Assembly (NCBI GenBank): GCA_030426125.1
Contig: JAUHZB010000003.1
Span: 3,872-67,871 of the forward strand
Length of the DNA: 64,000 nt
Direction: 5' to 3'
DNA from: a bacterium
GTDB lineage: Bacteria; Patescibacteriota; Saccharimonadia; Saccharimonadales; AWTP1-31
Shown: positions 55,126 to 64,000 of the stretch, in pieces
Numbering within the stretch: the stretch's first letter is position 1
How the letters are laid out: each line of letters begins with the position of its first letter
Notes under the pieces: generated by a model
Seen by the model: the letters and a program-made list of their open reading frames with translations, nothing else
The model's database searches: none
What the model was told of the DNA's origin: nothing
Made by a program: the position numbers and the translations under genes

Positions 55126-55728
55126 ATGAATATAACCCAATCAATTATTAACTTCTTGATTCTGATGAATCCAATCGCCCTGTTTTTATACATCCTGCCA
55201 ATGAAAAAAGAAGTCGGACTAAGAAACTTTATCAACATAGTGGCCCGGGCCAGCCTTATCTCCTATCTGGTATATGCTGCCTTTGCTATCTTTGGTGAGA
55301 GGCTATTTAGCTTTCTGCAGATTGACTTTGAAGCTTTCCGAATATTCGGTGGTATTGTTCTTATGACCGTATCTCTACTGTTTATTATTAAAGGCAATAA
55401 ATCACTGATCCAGACTAAGGGAGAAATAAACCGCCTGGCTGCCGAAATCGCCCTTCCCTTTATGGTTGGTGCCGGAACCATTGCAATTAGTATAATTATT
55501 GGAAAACAGCAAGGACCGCTAATGGCCTCGATGATAATATTCATCGTCATGCTTATAACGTTCTTATCTATTTCGCTACTAGCTTTGCTTCGTCACAGCT
55601 TAAAGCCACAGTTCAAGTCAATCTTTGATCAGAACGCCGACATACTATTAAGATTAAATGGCTTTTTTATTGGTGCTTTTGGCGTAAACCTGATAGTTTC
55701 CGGTATTACTAATCTATTCTTACTCTAG
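55126..55728 (+). CDS. MarC-family (UPF0056) membrane protein
   Basis: 200 aa, 6 TM. N-terminal FLILMNPIALFLYILP. Confidence 0.6.
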   Translation: MNITQSIINFLILMNPIALFLYILPMKKEVGLRNFINIVARASLISYLVYAAFAIFGERLFSFLQIDFEAFRIFGGIVLMTVSLLFIIKGNKSLIQTKGEINRLAAEIALPFMVGAGTIAISIIIGKQQGPLMASMIIFIVMLITFLSISLLALLRHSLKPQFKSIFDQNADILLRLNGFFIGAFGVNLIVSGITNLFLL

Positions 55729-55767
55729 CTATATTTTAGTGATTGCTAGCAATTGCTATATTTAACA

Positions 55768-56703
55768 TTATATCCACTTTAGTTTTTTGAACAGGTAAAC
55801 AGTACCGCCAGTGCCGAGGACTATCAGAACTAAGATCTCCCAGAAGGTAGCTGAGCCATTGGCTCCCGGTAAAGTTACGTTCATCCCATAAATACTAGCC
55901 ACGATAGTAGGAATAGTTAAGAAGATTCCGATGCTAGTTAGTCGCTTAAAGATGCGGTTAAGGTTGTTGGCCATGATTGTCGAGTAAGCATCGCGGATAT
56001 TTGAGATAGTTTTTATCCTAGATTTTATTAGATCGATCAACTCAGTAGTTGTAAGCTGTAAGTCTTCTACAAGATCTTTATCTGCTTCATAAAGCGGCAA
56101 GAAACGTCCATTTAGTAGGTTTTTATACATTGTCGACTGTGGTTGCAGAGCAGTTAAATATTCGTTTAGATTTTCTTCTATATCTATAAATTCAATGAAG
56201 TATTCATTTTTTATGTCAGTCTTACTTAACTTACCCCGAAGTCCAATAATATGCTTATTAACTGAATACATATGCTTTTCATATGAATAGTTAATAGCAG
56301 TTAGGATCTGTAGGAATGCTTTGGTTCGCTGAGTTGTAGCAATAGACTCTGAGCCGGAAAGAATTCGGTCTAGAATTGGGTTTTGGCGACGCTGGATGGT
56401 GATTAAATTATTCTTAGTATAGATAATTAGTATTGGCTCTGTGGCAATAGCAACGCCTTTAGGATAGCAGTAGCGAGCAAACACATAGGTGTTATTTCCG
56501 TCACGCTCAACTCTAGGAGTTTCGTAAATGTCATTGGCATCGTTTAATAGATCAAGATCGAGGCCATACGAATCCACTAGCTGATTAAGCTCGGCTTCAG
56601 TAGGTTCAACCACATTTAACCAAGACCCTGTTTTAGCTCGATCTAATTTCTTTAACTCAATTGATGCATTTGTACTGTGAAAAATGTCTATCATAGTTAC
56701 CAC
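55768..56703 (-). CDS. corA: CorA-family magnesium/cobalt transporter
   Basis: 311 aa. C-terminal two TM segments with the YGMN motif (ASIYGMNVTLPG). Confidence 0.88.
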   Translation of the reverse strand: MVTMIDIFHSTNASIELKKLDRAKTGSWLNVVEPTEAELNQLVDSYGLDLDLLNDANDIYETPRVERDGNNTYVFARYCYPKGVAIATEPILIIYTKNNLITIQRRQNPILDRILSGSESIATTQRTKAFLQILTAINYSYEKHMYSVNKHIIGLRGKLSKTDIKNEYFIEFIDIEENLNEYLTALQPQSTMYKNLLNGRFLPLYEADKDLVEDLQLTTTELIDLIKSRIKTISNIRDAYSTIMANNLNRIFKRLTSIGIFLTIPTIVASIYGMNVTLPGANGSATFWEILVLIVLGTGGTVYLFKKLKWI

Positions 56704-57028
56704 CTATCCATTGATAATTATTAATAAAAACCTAAGCATCAGACATCTATCTTTAGTCGCTTTAAGCCCGATTTATAGTTGAACTTACTTTTAGTAGTCT
56801 ACAAAACGGCAGTATAACTTTAAGCCAGGTTTAAATAACTATAGTATTTAACGGATGATACTTATGCATATTATATCAGAATACCAGAATAATTGCTAGA
56901 TCTTTATTTTTATGTTATTATTATGTTGATCTAATAAATATTAATTGATGAATCCGAAGAATAACTGTTTCGATTTTCATCTCTAACGATCCAAATCGAA
57001 TAAAACTAACAGTTAAGGATTCATTTTA

Positions 57029-58255
57029 ATGTACAAAAAAAGTTATCATAAACCTAGCAATAGACCCGGTTCGGGTAAAAACAGTCGTAGTCGACACTTC
57101 AGCAGTAATCGTAAGTTCAGCCGGAACCGCGGACCAAAAAAAGACTACATTAATCCCCAGCGCTTTATCAAAGCAGCTAAAGTACCTACCGAGAACAACC
57201 AATACATAGCCACCAATAGCTTTAGCGACTTTAAGGTAAATCCTGGCTTATCTAAAAGAATTGCCGAGAGAGGCTTTAAATCGCCTTCACCGATTCAAGA
57301 CCAGATCATACCCCACGGACTTGATGGCCGTGATGTGATTGGTATTGCCAATACCGGGACCGGTAAGACCATGGCTTTCGCTATCCCTGTCATTCACCAT
57401 TTAATGACCAACCCGGGAGCCAAAGCCATAATTCTAGCCCCAACCCGCGAATTAGCTGATCAAATACTGCAAGAATGTAAAAGCCTACTTTCAGGTAGCC
57501 GATTATACTGGGCGTTACTTATCGGTGGCTCGCCTATAGGTCCACAGTTTAGAGACCTTAAAAGACGACCTAATCTAGTTATTGGTACTCCAGGCCGAGT
57601 TAAAGATCACCTAGAAAGAGGAACCCTTAAACTAAATAATTTCAGTATGGTGGTGCTGGATGAAGTCGATCGAATGTTAGACATGGGATTTATTGATGAC
57701 ATGCGGGAAATTCTAAGGCAAATACCGACCGATAACCGTCAGTCCTACTTCTTCTCAGCAACAATGGATACCAGAGTTCGAACCCTAATTAATGACTACA
57801 GCAAAGATCCGATATCTATCTCTGTAGTTACAGGCGATACAGCCGACTCAGTAGAGCAAGACGTAGTCCGCTACTCGCATGCCAATGAAAAGGTAAGCAA
57901 ACTGCACGACATCCTAATTTCTGATCAAAACAATAAAGTATTAATATTTGATGAAACTCGGCGTGATGTCGATAAACTCAGCCGATCTCTCAGAGACCAC
58001 GGCTTCAAAGCTGACTTAATTCACGGTGGAAAGACTCAAGGGCAAAGAAAGCGAGCCCTACAAAACTTCAAGCAAGATAAGATAAATATTATGGTGGCAA
58101 CTGATGTAGCAGCCAGAGGTATAGATATCGATGGCGTTACTCACGTCATTAACTACTCTACTCCGCAATCTTTCAGCGACTATGTTCACCGAATTGGTAG
58201 AGCTGGACGAGCTGGTCGGACAGGTTATGCTTTCACCTTCATAGAAAAAAGATAG
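57029..58255 (+). CDS. DEAD-box ATP-dependent RNA helicase
   Basis: 408 aa. Basic N-terminal tail, Q motif FKSPSPIQ, Walker A ANTGTGKT, DEVD, SAT, HRIGRAGRAG. Confidence 0.92.
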   Translation: MYKKSYHKPSNRPGSGKNSRSRHFSSNRKFSRNRGPKKDYINPQRFIKAAKVPTENNQYIATNSFSDFKVNPGLSKRIAERGFKSPSPIQDQIIPHGLDGRDVIGIANTGTGKTMAFAIPVIHHLMTNPGAKAIILAPTRELADQILQECKSLLSGSRLYWALLIGGSPIGPQFRDLKRRPNLVIGTPGRVKDHLERGTLKLNNFSMVVLDEVDRMLDMGFIDDMREILRQIPTDNRQSYFFSATMDTRVRTLINDYSKDPISISVVTGDTADSVEQDVVRYSHANEKVSKLHDILISDQNNKVLIFDETRRDVDKLSRSLRDHGFKADLIHGGKTQGQRKRALQNFKQDKINIMVATDVAARGIDIDGVTHVINYSTPQSFSDYVHRIGRAGRAGRTGYAFTFIEKR

Positions 58256-58282
58256 CTAACAATAATTTGCTACAATTAAGCT

Positions 58283-59056
58283 ATGCTTAAATTCAAAAAC
58301 AAAAAGTCTTTTCGGCAAATTTACCTTATTATGATCTTGGTAGTAAGCTGTCTTTTAATATTATCTATTTACAGCGACAGCCAAGATAAAGAAGCAGACA
58401 ACTCGACAACCCAAAACAATAATGCCCCTACAACAACAAATGAAAATGGTCAGCCAAAGTACTCACTGTCCAAAGCTAGTAGCCCTTGGGTTATTGTCAA
58501 TAAAAAACGCCCACTGCCACAGAACTATGTACCAGAATTGGTAAATCCAAACGTTCCTCGTACTGGCAGCCCAACTTCCGAGAACATGATGTTATCTCCA
58601 GTAGCTTCGTCTAAGCTTGAGGAGCTGTTCAAACAGGCCAGCAAAGATGGAATCAACATTAGGTTTGCTAGTGGCTACCGGTCGGCTAGCACCCAAGCGG
58701 GTCTGTATAATAGCTATGTTACCAATAACGGTCAGACTAATGCCGATAAGTTTAGCGCCCGCCCTGGCCACAGCGAACACCAGACTGGACTAGCTGCCGA
58801 TATCGTAAGTCAAACCAATTATTGCTATCTAGAACAGTGTTGGGCAGAGACTAAAGAAAGTCAGTGGCTTGCTGACAATGCTCATAAATTCGGTTTTGCA
58901 GTTCGCTATTTACAAGATAAACAAAATATCACTGGCTATGACTACGAACCCTGGCATCTACGCTATTTCGGCGTTCAGCTGGCCACAGAGTTATACAAAT
59001 CTAAACTGACAGCTGAAGAATACTTTAATCTTCCACCAGCACCAAACTACAACTAA
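58283..59056 (+). CDS. VanY/M15B-family D-alanyl-D-alanine carboxypeptidase
   Basis: 257 aa. N-terminal TM, SEHQTGLAADI, EPWHLRY. TGcTACAAT lies 6 nt upstream of the ATG. Confidence 0.85.
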   Translation: MLKFKNKKSFRQIYLIMILVVSCLLILSIYSDSQDKEADNSTTQNNNAPTTTNENGQPKYSLSKASSPWVIVNKKRPLPQNYVPELVNPNVPRTGSPTSENMMLSPVASSKLEELFKQASKDGINIRFASGYRSASTQAGLYNSYVTNNGQTNADKFSARPGHSEHQTGLAADIVSQTNYCYLEQCWAETKESQWLADNAHKFGFAVRYLQDKQNITGYDYEPWHLRYFGVQLATELYKSKLTAEEYFNLPPAPNYN

Positions 59057-59077
59057 GTTATTGTATTTTTTATCCTT

Positions 59078-60307
59078 TTACTCGCGCCTTAGGGCATCTA
59101 TAGGGTTGATTCGCTCCGCTCGCTTAGCTGGGAAGAAAGCCACTAGCAGTCCGACAGCCAGCATAAACAGAACTAGTACAGCCACTAGCCACATTGGGGT
59201 TGAGAATATATTAAATCGTTCACTAACTCGACTAGCGGCATTGGCATTAGCTACTTGGTTGATTATCTGCCCACTAACGTAGGATAATACTATGCCGCTT
59301 AAAGCACCAATAATCGACAGTATAGAAGCTTCGATCATGAATAGTCTACGCATATCTCTTCTGCGACCACCCAGCGTTACCATTAAACCTATTTCTTTAG
59401 TTCTCTCTAGTAGAGAAATGGTCAAGGTATTAAACATACCTAGCAAGGCCACGATAATACCAATCGCTCCAAATCCTGCGAGAATAATATTAAAGAACTT
59501 AAACAACTGATTAATCTGGTCTAAGGTATCGATTGGTGAAGAGGTCTGAAATCCACTAGCTTCAATCTGAGTTCGCAGTTCATTGATGTTATCGGTATCA
59601 TCGGCTATAACCTTAGCCACCTTATAGATTGGAACTTGCTGGGCGTCAAAAACAGCCGTAGTAGTAAATATTTCATTGTCCTGACCGGAGTCAATAATTC
59701 CAACTATTTTAAAGCTCTCTTCTAAATCTTTCAGTTCGGGATCAGCGTATTGCAGGGGTACAGTAATCTCTACGTCTTGGCCTAACGCTTTACTGTTATC
59801 ACTTATACCGATAGCTTTTAGGGTTGCAGTACTAAGTACTATAGAATTTTGGTCTTTATTATTTAGTAAGCGTCCATCGATTAGATTAAGTGTAGTCATT
59901 TCTTGGAATTGATCATCGACACCGTAGATAATAGAGTCAATTCCACCTCCACTTAGTCCAATACTGGCTGGGAATGAATAAGCCACCCCAAGTTTATCGA
60001 TATGCGGGAACTTTTGTATCTTCTCAATGGCCTGGCTATCCAATTTAATAATCCTGGAGTTCGGAGTAGTAATCTCAATTGATCGGATAGAATTATCGCC
60101 AACTACATTATCGGTAACAATTTGTTGCAATCCTAAACCAAAAGAAACCAGGAAGGCAATCGATCCAATACCAACAATAATGCCCATGATTGTAAGCCAA
60201 GATCTAAGCTTCTTGCTAATAATATTCTGCCATGACATATGTAGTAGTAAGCGCAGACTAATTGTTGGTCTTTTAGATTTTGCTAGACTTAGTCGTGCTT
60301 TATCCAT
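59078..60307 (-). CDS. FtsX/MacB-type ABC transporter permease
   Basis: 409 aa. TM1, large extracytoplasmic domain, three C-terminal TM segments (FtsX fold). Confidence 0.85.
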   Translation of the reverse strand: MDKARLSLAKSKRPTISLRLLLHMSWQNIISKKLRSWLTIMGIIVGIGSIAFLVSFGLGLQQIVTDNVVGDNSIRSIEITTPNSRIIKLDSQAIEKIQKFPHIDKLGVAYSFPASIGLSGGGIDSIIYGVDDQFQEMTTLNLIDGRLLNNKDQNSIVLSTATLKAIGISDNSKALGQDVEITVPLQYADPELKDLEESFKIVGIIDSGQDNEIFTTTAVFDAQQVPIYKVAKVIADDTDNINELRTQIEASGFQTSSPIDTLDQINQLFKFFNIILAGFGAIGIIVALLGMFNTLTISLLERTKEIGLMVTLGGRRRDMRRLFMIEASILSIIGALSGIVLSYVSGQIINQVANANAASRVSERFNIFSTPMWLVAVLVLFMLAVGLLVAFFPAKRAERINPIDALRRE

Positions 60308-61160
60308 TTCGTTTTGACTCCGCTAATTTATCTATTCTATCGCCTAGATCTTTAATTAAATTCTTTGTGGTATGACCAACATCATCATTTTGCATCTCCT
60401 GACAAACGCCATCATTAATTTTTATCAGTCGATCAGCTAACGGAAGATATTCCATGTTGTGTGTTACAAGTACTACAGTGCGCTTTAAATCTCGGTTGTA
60501 GCTCTGTAGTAGCGCCATGATCATATCCCCGTTTTTGGTATCTAGTGATCCGGTCGGCTCATCAGCAATAATTAGCATCGGATCAGCCACAATGGCTCTG
60601 GCCATGGCAATCCTTTGTTGCTCACCGCCGGACAATAGTAGTGGGCTTTTCTTGGCAAACGGGGCCATATCAATTCGTTGCAGGGCATCCATCGCTAAGC
60701 GGTGAGCTTCTTGCTTCTTCTTACCGAGAAAATATAGTGGCAAAGCAACATTTTCAATTACATTTAAACTGCTAACCCAATAGTTTTGCTGGTAGACAAC
60801 GCCTATTTGACTGCCCCTAAAGTAGGCTAGTTGCTCTGGTTTATACTTATAGATATCAAAACCGGCAATTTCTACCCTACCCCTAGTTGGTGGCTGAATA
60901 GCGCTAAGTACATTTAGAAGCGTTGACTTACCAGAACCTGATGGACCATAAATAATATTGAAAGTCTTTTCTTCAATCGTGAAGCTACTGTTATGCAGCA
61001 CTTCTACGGTTTCTTCACCAACCTTAAAGGACTGCTCGATACCTTGGACCTTGATTAATGTTCGGTGACGGTCGGTACTAGATGGATGCTCAGATCCTTT
61101 ATTCGGCTTTATTACATGACTAGTATCGTTTTTAGTAATATCCTTCATGTTATAGTCCAA
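60300..61160 (-). CDS. ABC transporter ATP-binding protein (MacB/LolD type)
   Basis: 286 aa. Walker A GPSGSGKST, signature LSGGEQQRIAMARA, Walker B LIIADEPTGSLD. Confidence 0.9.
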   Translation of the reverse strand: MDYNMKDITKNDTSHVIKPNKGSEHPSSTDRHRTLIKVQGIEQSFKVGEETVEVLHNSSFTIEEKTFNIIYGPSGSGKSTLLNVLSAIQPPTRGRVEIAGFDIYKYKPEQLAYFRGSQIGVVYQQNYWVSSLNVIENVALPLYFLGKKKQEAHRLAMDALQRIDMAPFAKKSPLLLSGGEQQRIAMARAIVADPMLIIADEPTGSLDTKNGDMIMALLQSYNRDLKRTVVLVTHNMEYLPLADRLIKINDGVCQEMQNDDVGHTTKNLIKDLGDRIDKLAESKRNG

Positions 61161-64000
61161 ATACGTTCCTTAGAGTGTTTAGTACGATGCTCAGTACACT
61201 ATCGGTAGCTCGACCAATAATCGCTGCTTGCGACTCAGCTATGGTTTGGTTACCGGCCTGATCACTAGATACTGGGGCGATACTGTAAACCTTGCTTGGC
61301 GGTAAGTCGGAGACAATTACTAGATGTTCAGTGGTTAGCTGACTATCTTCAGCTGTCCGATTATTAAACGTCTCCACATTTGAACCCTCACCAAAAGCAA
61401 CCTGCGAAGTACTAGGCTCATCGGTTTTCCAGGATACGACAATTTGACCTCGAGATTCGGCACCAGTGCCTCGAACGCTAGGTTCAATAACAACCTCGAA
61501 GATTTCAGGTGGTCTAGTATCTAGAGCCGTTTCGAAGATCTGTTCGTCGGATACCGCCAAATTACCAGCGTTGTCTCTACCCTGGGCTACCAAAGAGTAT
61601 TTACTACTGTCCTGTAAGCCCTTGATCAAAATAGTGTGATTGGTCTTTAGCTCACTGGTTTGGATATTAAGCGCGCTTCCACCAATCCGAGTATATTCAA
61701 CTATTGAAGTAGTCGGCACATTAGTCTGCCAGGTTACTTTTTGAGTACTCGTTGGTTCACCTTTCACTGGTTGGAAACGCAAATTACTAATAGCTGGTCT
61801 TGGTGGAGTAGTGAAAGTAAAAATACTGCTTGGATATGACCCGCCTTCAGAATCTTGCATAGTAATCTTGTATAGATACTTAGTGCCGTCATTTAAGCCT
61901 TCCAGACGAATCTGGTAGGTTGACTCTTCGGCTGATGTATTTATGGTTTCTATACCACCAAAAGCTTCATTCTGGCCGAAGTTTAAGTCAACCTTAACTG
62001 CCGACTTAGTAGTAAACTCAATATTAGCCGTAGTCAGCCCAACTGATGTGGTGTCTACTTCTTTAAGTACTGGCGCTGGGGCAGTTTTAAAGGTATATTC
62101 TTGGCTAACTCCAGTATTTCCGTCTTCATCGGTCCACTTAGCTTTGAAGTAATAGGTCGTGCCAGCTGCTAAGTTGTCCAGATCAATCGAATGCGAGGTA
62201 ACCTGATCGGAGTTACCAATCTCTGAATCACTGTATTTATTACTAGCCGTACCAATTGCCACCTTACTGTCTGAATCTCGCTCTGTAGACCAACTAATCG
62301 TGGCTCGCTTAGTGGTGATGTTGCTAACTTTAGGCTTGCTAGTAATACCGGCTGGTGAGGTAAATTTACCGGTCGGTGTGTCACTTACGCTAGAGCTATA
62401 GGCTCCGCAGTTATTAGCGCTATCGCAGGCCTTAACCTTATAGTAGTAAAGTTGTTGCGATAAACCAGCGTCTACAAAAGAGGTGCTCGAGCTTGAACCG
62501 ACTACGCTATAACTACTGTTATCTGTAGATCTGTATATCTTATAGCTCTCCACCCCGGCTCCAACCGAAGATGGTTCATTCCAGGTAACTGCCAGTCGCC
62601 AATTTGAACTAGACTTAACCGATACGTCAGCTATATCAGCGTCTAGAGGTATGCCCGGTGCTGCAGTATTAGCAAAGAACGAAACACTAGCATAGTTGGA
62701 ATAGTTAATATTACTAGACTCATCCCTAGCCACTACGTATAGAGTATTCTCGCCTGGTTGGTTGGCGTAAGCCCCTGCTGGCAGGCTAGTTTCTCCAGCA
62801 TCGGTGAAAGTACAATTATTAGCACTTGGCAAGCTGTTGATGGTGTAACAATAAACTAAATTGTTAGCTGAACCGAGGAATGAAGATGGTTCGGACCAAT
62901 TAAAACTAAAGGAGTTAAGAGTATTGGTAGTTGGAGTTGCGCCAACCCCTTGCGGAGCGGAAGGCGCACTAGAAGTATTTATTTTTATAGCTGCCGAAAC
63001 GCTCGTAGAGCTAATATTTCCAGCCTGATCCCAAGTTCTAAGGTATACGGTATTAACCCCATCTTCTAGGTTGTCCTCGTCCGGTGGATCCGGCGAAGTG
63101 GTAGTGTAGCTACCATCATTAGTTAGGAGGTCATCTACTCCACCACTACCAGTGTGGTTATCTCCGTACCAGCCAGTGTCTTCAATCTGGTACTGTAACC
63201 CTGCAATACCAGAATTAGCATCACTAGCGGCACTACCACCAGTTGTTGGCCAAGTCATAGTTGTTTCTTTACTACTAATATACTGTGAAGGGGTGGTTAA
63301 GAAACCTGGGTTAGTTGGTGGAGTGTTATCGAATCTAAACTGGAATTGAGCTGAAGAGCCAGAGAAAACATTTCCGGCCACATCAATCACTTTAAGATTA
63401 AGATAATATGGGTCGTTGCTAGTAGTAAGCGCTGTTTCTAAGTAGCCGGCAGTAGCTAGATCTAGGTTATTACCAGCTATAACAAACGGACAACTAGCAC
63501 TAGTAGTTGGTGATGTACCGAGCAAACCCTTGGTCGATACTGGGTCAGCAGAATCATCGGTTCCCAGATAGGCGCAATAACCTAAGACTCCAGAACCACC
63601 AACGTTATCTGCACCGGCCGTCCAAGCAAAGTAGGGACTAGCACCATTGGTCCAACCGTTAGAAGCAACCGTAGCCCCACCGTTTGCTTTAGTCATAGAC
63701 AGAGATGAAGCATTGGTTATTGGTACCTCATTGTCATAAGGATCGTATTGAATACTGACATCTTCAAAGATTGGAGTGTCGCCAGAATCGGCAGTAAGTT
63801 CTACTTGATACTGAACATAACGTTCATTATCTTCAACACAGGACTGTCCGGTTAAATCAACTCCACTAGCTATTGCTGTGCAGCTAGCAAAATCGGTAGC
63901 ATCACTCATGTCTGATGAATTTCCAGTACGCACTTTAACATCAACATCACCAGAACCGGAGCTGTTATAGCTTAGTGTGTCCCAATCTCCACCAAAACTA
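61150..64000 (-). CDS. Very large secreted/surface protein with tandem FN3/Ig-like modules; N-terminus lies beyond the window
   Basis: The track starts at GTG 63933, but the frame stays open to 64000 (...SFGGDWDTLSYNSSGSGDVDVKV upstream). At least 8 modules of ~95 aa, each ending in a D-x-(A/S/E)-G-N-like motif. Confidence 0.8.
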   Translation of the reverse strand, partial: SFGGDWDTLSYNSSGSGDVDVKVRTGNSSDMSDATDFASCTAIASGVDLTGQSCVEDNERYVQYQVELTADSGDTPIFEDVSIQYDPYDNEVPITNASSLSMTKANGGATVASNGWTNGASPYFAWTAGADNVGGSGVLGYCAYLGTDDSADPVSTKGLLGTSPTTSASCPFVIAGNNLDLATAGYLETALTTSNDPYYLNLKVIDVAGNVFSGSSAQFQFRFDNTPPTNPGFLTTPSQYISSKETTMTWPTTGGSAASDANSGIAGLQYQIEDTGWYGDNHTGSGGVDDLLTNDGSYTTTSPDPPDEDNLEDGVNTVYLRTWDQAGNISSTSVSAAIKINTSSAPSAPQGVGATPTTNTLNSFSFNWSEPSSFLGSANNLVYCYTINSLPSANNCTFTDAGETSLPAGAYANQPGENTLYVVARDESSNINYSNYASVSFFANTAAPGIPLDADIADVSVKSSSNWRLAVTWNEPSSVGAGVESYKIYRSTDNSSYSVVGSSSSTSFVDAGLSQQLYYYKVKACDSANNCGAYSSSVSDTPTGKFTSPAGITSKPKVSNITTKRATISWSTERDSDSKVAIGTASNKYSDSEIGNSDQVTSHSIDLDNLAAGTTYYFKAKWTDEDGNTGVSQEYTFKTAPAPVLKEVDTTSVGLTTANIEFTTKSAVKVDLNFGQNEAFGGIETINTSAEESTYQIRLEGLNDGTKYLYKITMQDSEGGSYPSSIFTFTTPPRPAISNLRFQPVKGEPTSTQKVTWQTNVPTTSIVEYTRIGGSALNIQTSELKTNHTILIKGLQDSSKYSLVAQGRDNAGNLAVSDEQIFETALDTRPPEIFEVVIEPSVRGTGAESRGQIVVSWKTDEPSTSQVAFGEGSNVETFNNRTAEDSQLTTEHLVIVSDLPPSKVYSIAPVSSDQAGNQTIAESQAAIIGRATDSVLSIVLNTLRNVFGL

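Noticed and set aside
56704-57028. Long (325-nt) AT-rich divergent region between corA and the DEAD-box helicase, with an 8-bp hairpin TTCGATTT...AAATCGAA (~56969-57001)
   Set aside because: Long 5' UTRs are common for cold-shock-type helicases. I see no conserved riboswitch-like core and no ORF. It is worth an Rfam scan but is not a supportable feature.
3099-63349. About 60 further short ORFs (60-130 aa) in the track lying antisense to or overlapping long recognised genes, for example 3099..3305, 10140..10355, 13705..14016, 22673..23023, 35438..35836, 46408..46737 and 53240..53629
   Set aside because: Each is nested within a longer ORF with clear family motifs on the other strand or frame. 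Their translations are low-complexity (Ser/Leu/Pro-rich) and lack start context. They are treated as shadow ORFs.
1-64000. CRISPR arrays, rRNA genes, IS elements, prophage genes
   Set aside because: I saw no regularly spaced repeats, no rRNA-like sequence and no transposase, integrase or capsid-like ORFs on either strand.

Overview
This is a gene-dense 64-kb bacterial chromosomal fragment with about 70 CDS and one tRNA. Many neighbouring genes overlap by 1-17 nt (ATGA or TAATG junctions).

Most of the window is housekeeping:
- Information processing: gatC-gatA, uvrB, pheS-pheT, rmuC, rarA, a sigma-70 family factor and a DEAD-box helicase.
- A compact sugar-phosphate block: PfkB kinase, class II fba, a split transketolase, rpe, rpiB, gap and ppa.
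- Thiol-redox genes: trxB and a glutaredoxin-like protein.
- An OmpR-type two-component system.
- Several ABC transporters and a run of small membrane proteins and ion channels (2-TM K+ channel, MscS, CorA, ClC, CNNM).
- A very large FN3-repeat surface protein coupled to a MacB/FtsX-type ABC module.

The gene content, the split transketolase, the small overlapping genes and the giant repeat protein are consistent with a reduced-genome Patescibacteria/CPR organism such as a Saccharibacteria-like lineage. This is inference only; I ran no search.

The stand-out region is a roughly 9.8-kb accessory locus (about 30.0-39.8 kb) between tRNA-Gln(CUG) and rarA. It holds 11 tightly packed genes:
- 2H phosphoesterase
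- 469-aa ORFan
- TauD/TfdA-like Fe(II)/2OG oxygenase
- HD phosphohydrolase
- pol-beta-type nucleotidyltransferase
- P-loop kinase
- sulfotransferase-like protein
- Nudix hydrolase
- two more ORFans
- GT-A glycosyltransferase with a long N-terminal extension

I saw no integrase, transposase or att repeat. I propose it as a candidate undescribed nucleotide-centred system, either modification or biosynthesis of a nucleoside-derived compound or a conflict/RNA-repair-type module. The function cannot be resolved from sequence reading alone.

Other observations:
- 11-bp-phased direct repeats in two promoters flank the two-component system.
- An FNR-like gene has no canonical start codon.
- The sigma factor lacks the conserved region-2.3 Trp-Trp.
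- -10 boxes recur 5-8 nt upstream of ATG, suggesting leaderless mRNAs.
- An orphan minus-strand terminator may mark an sRNA or leader.

No CRISPR array, rRNA or recognisable mobile element was seen.
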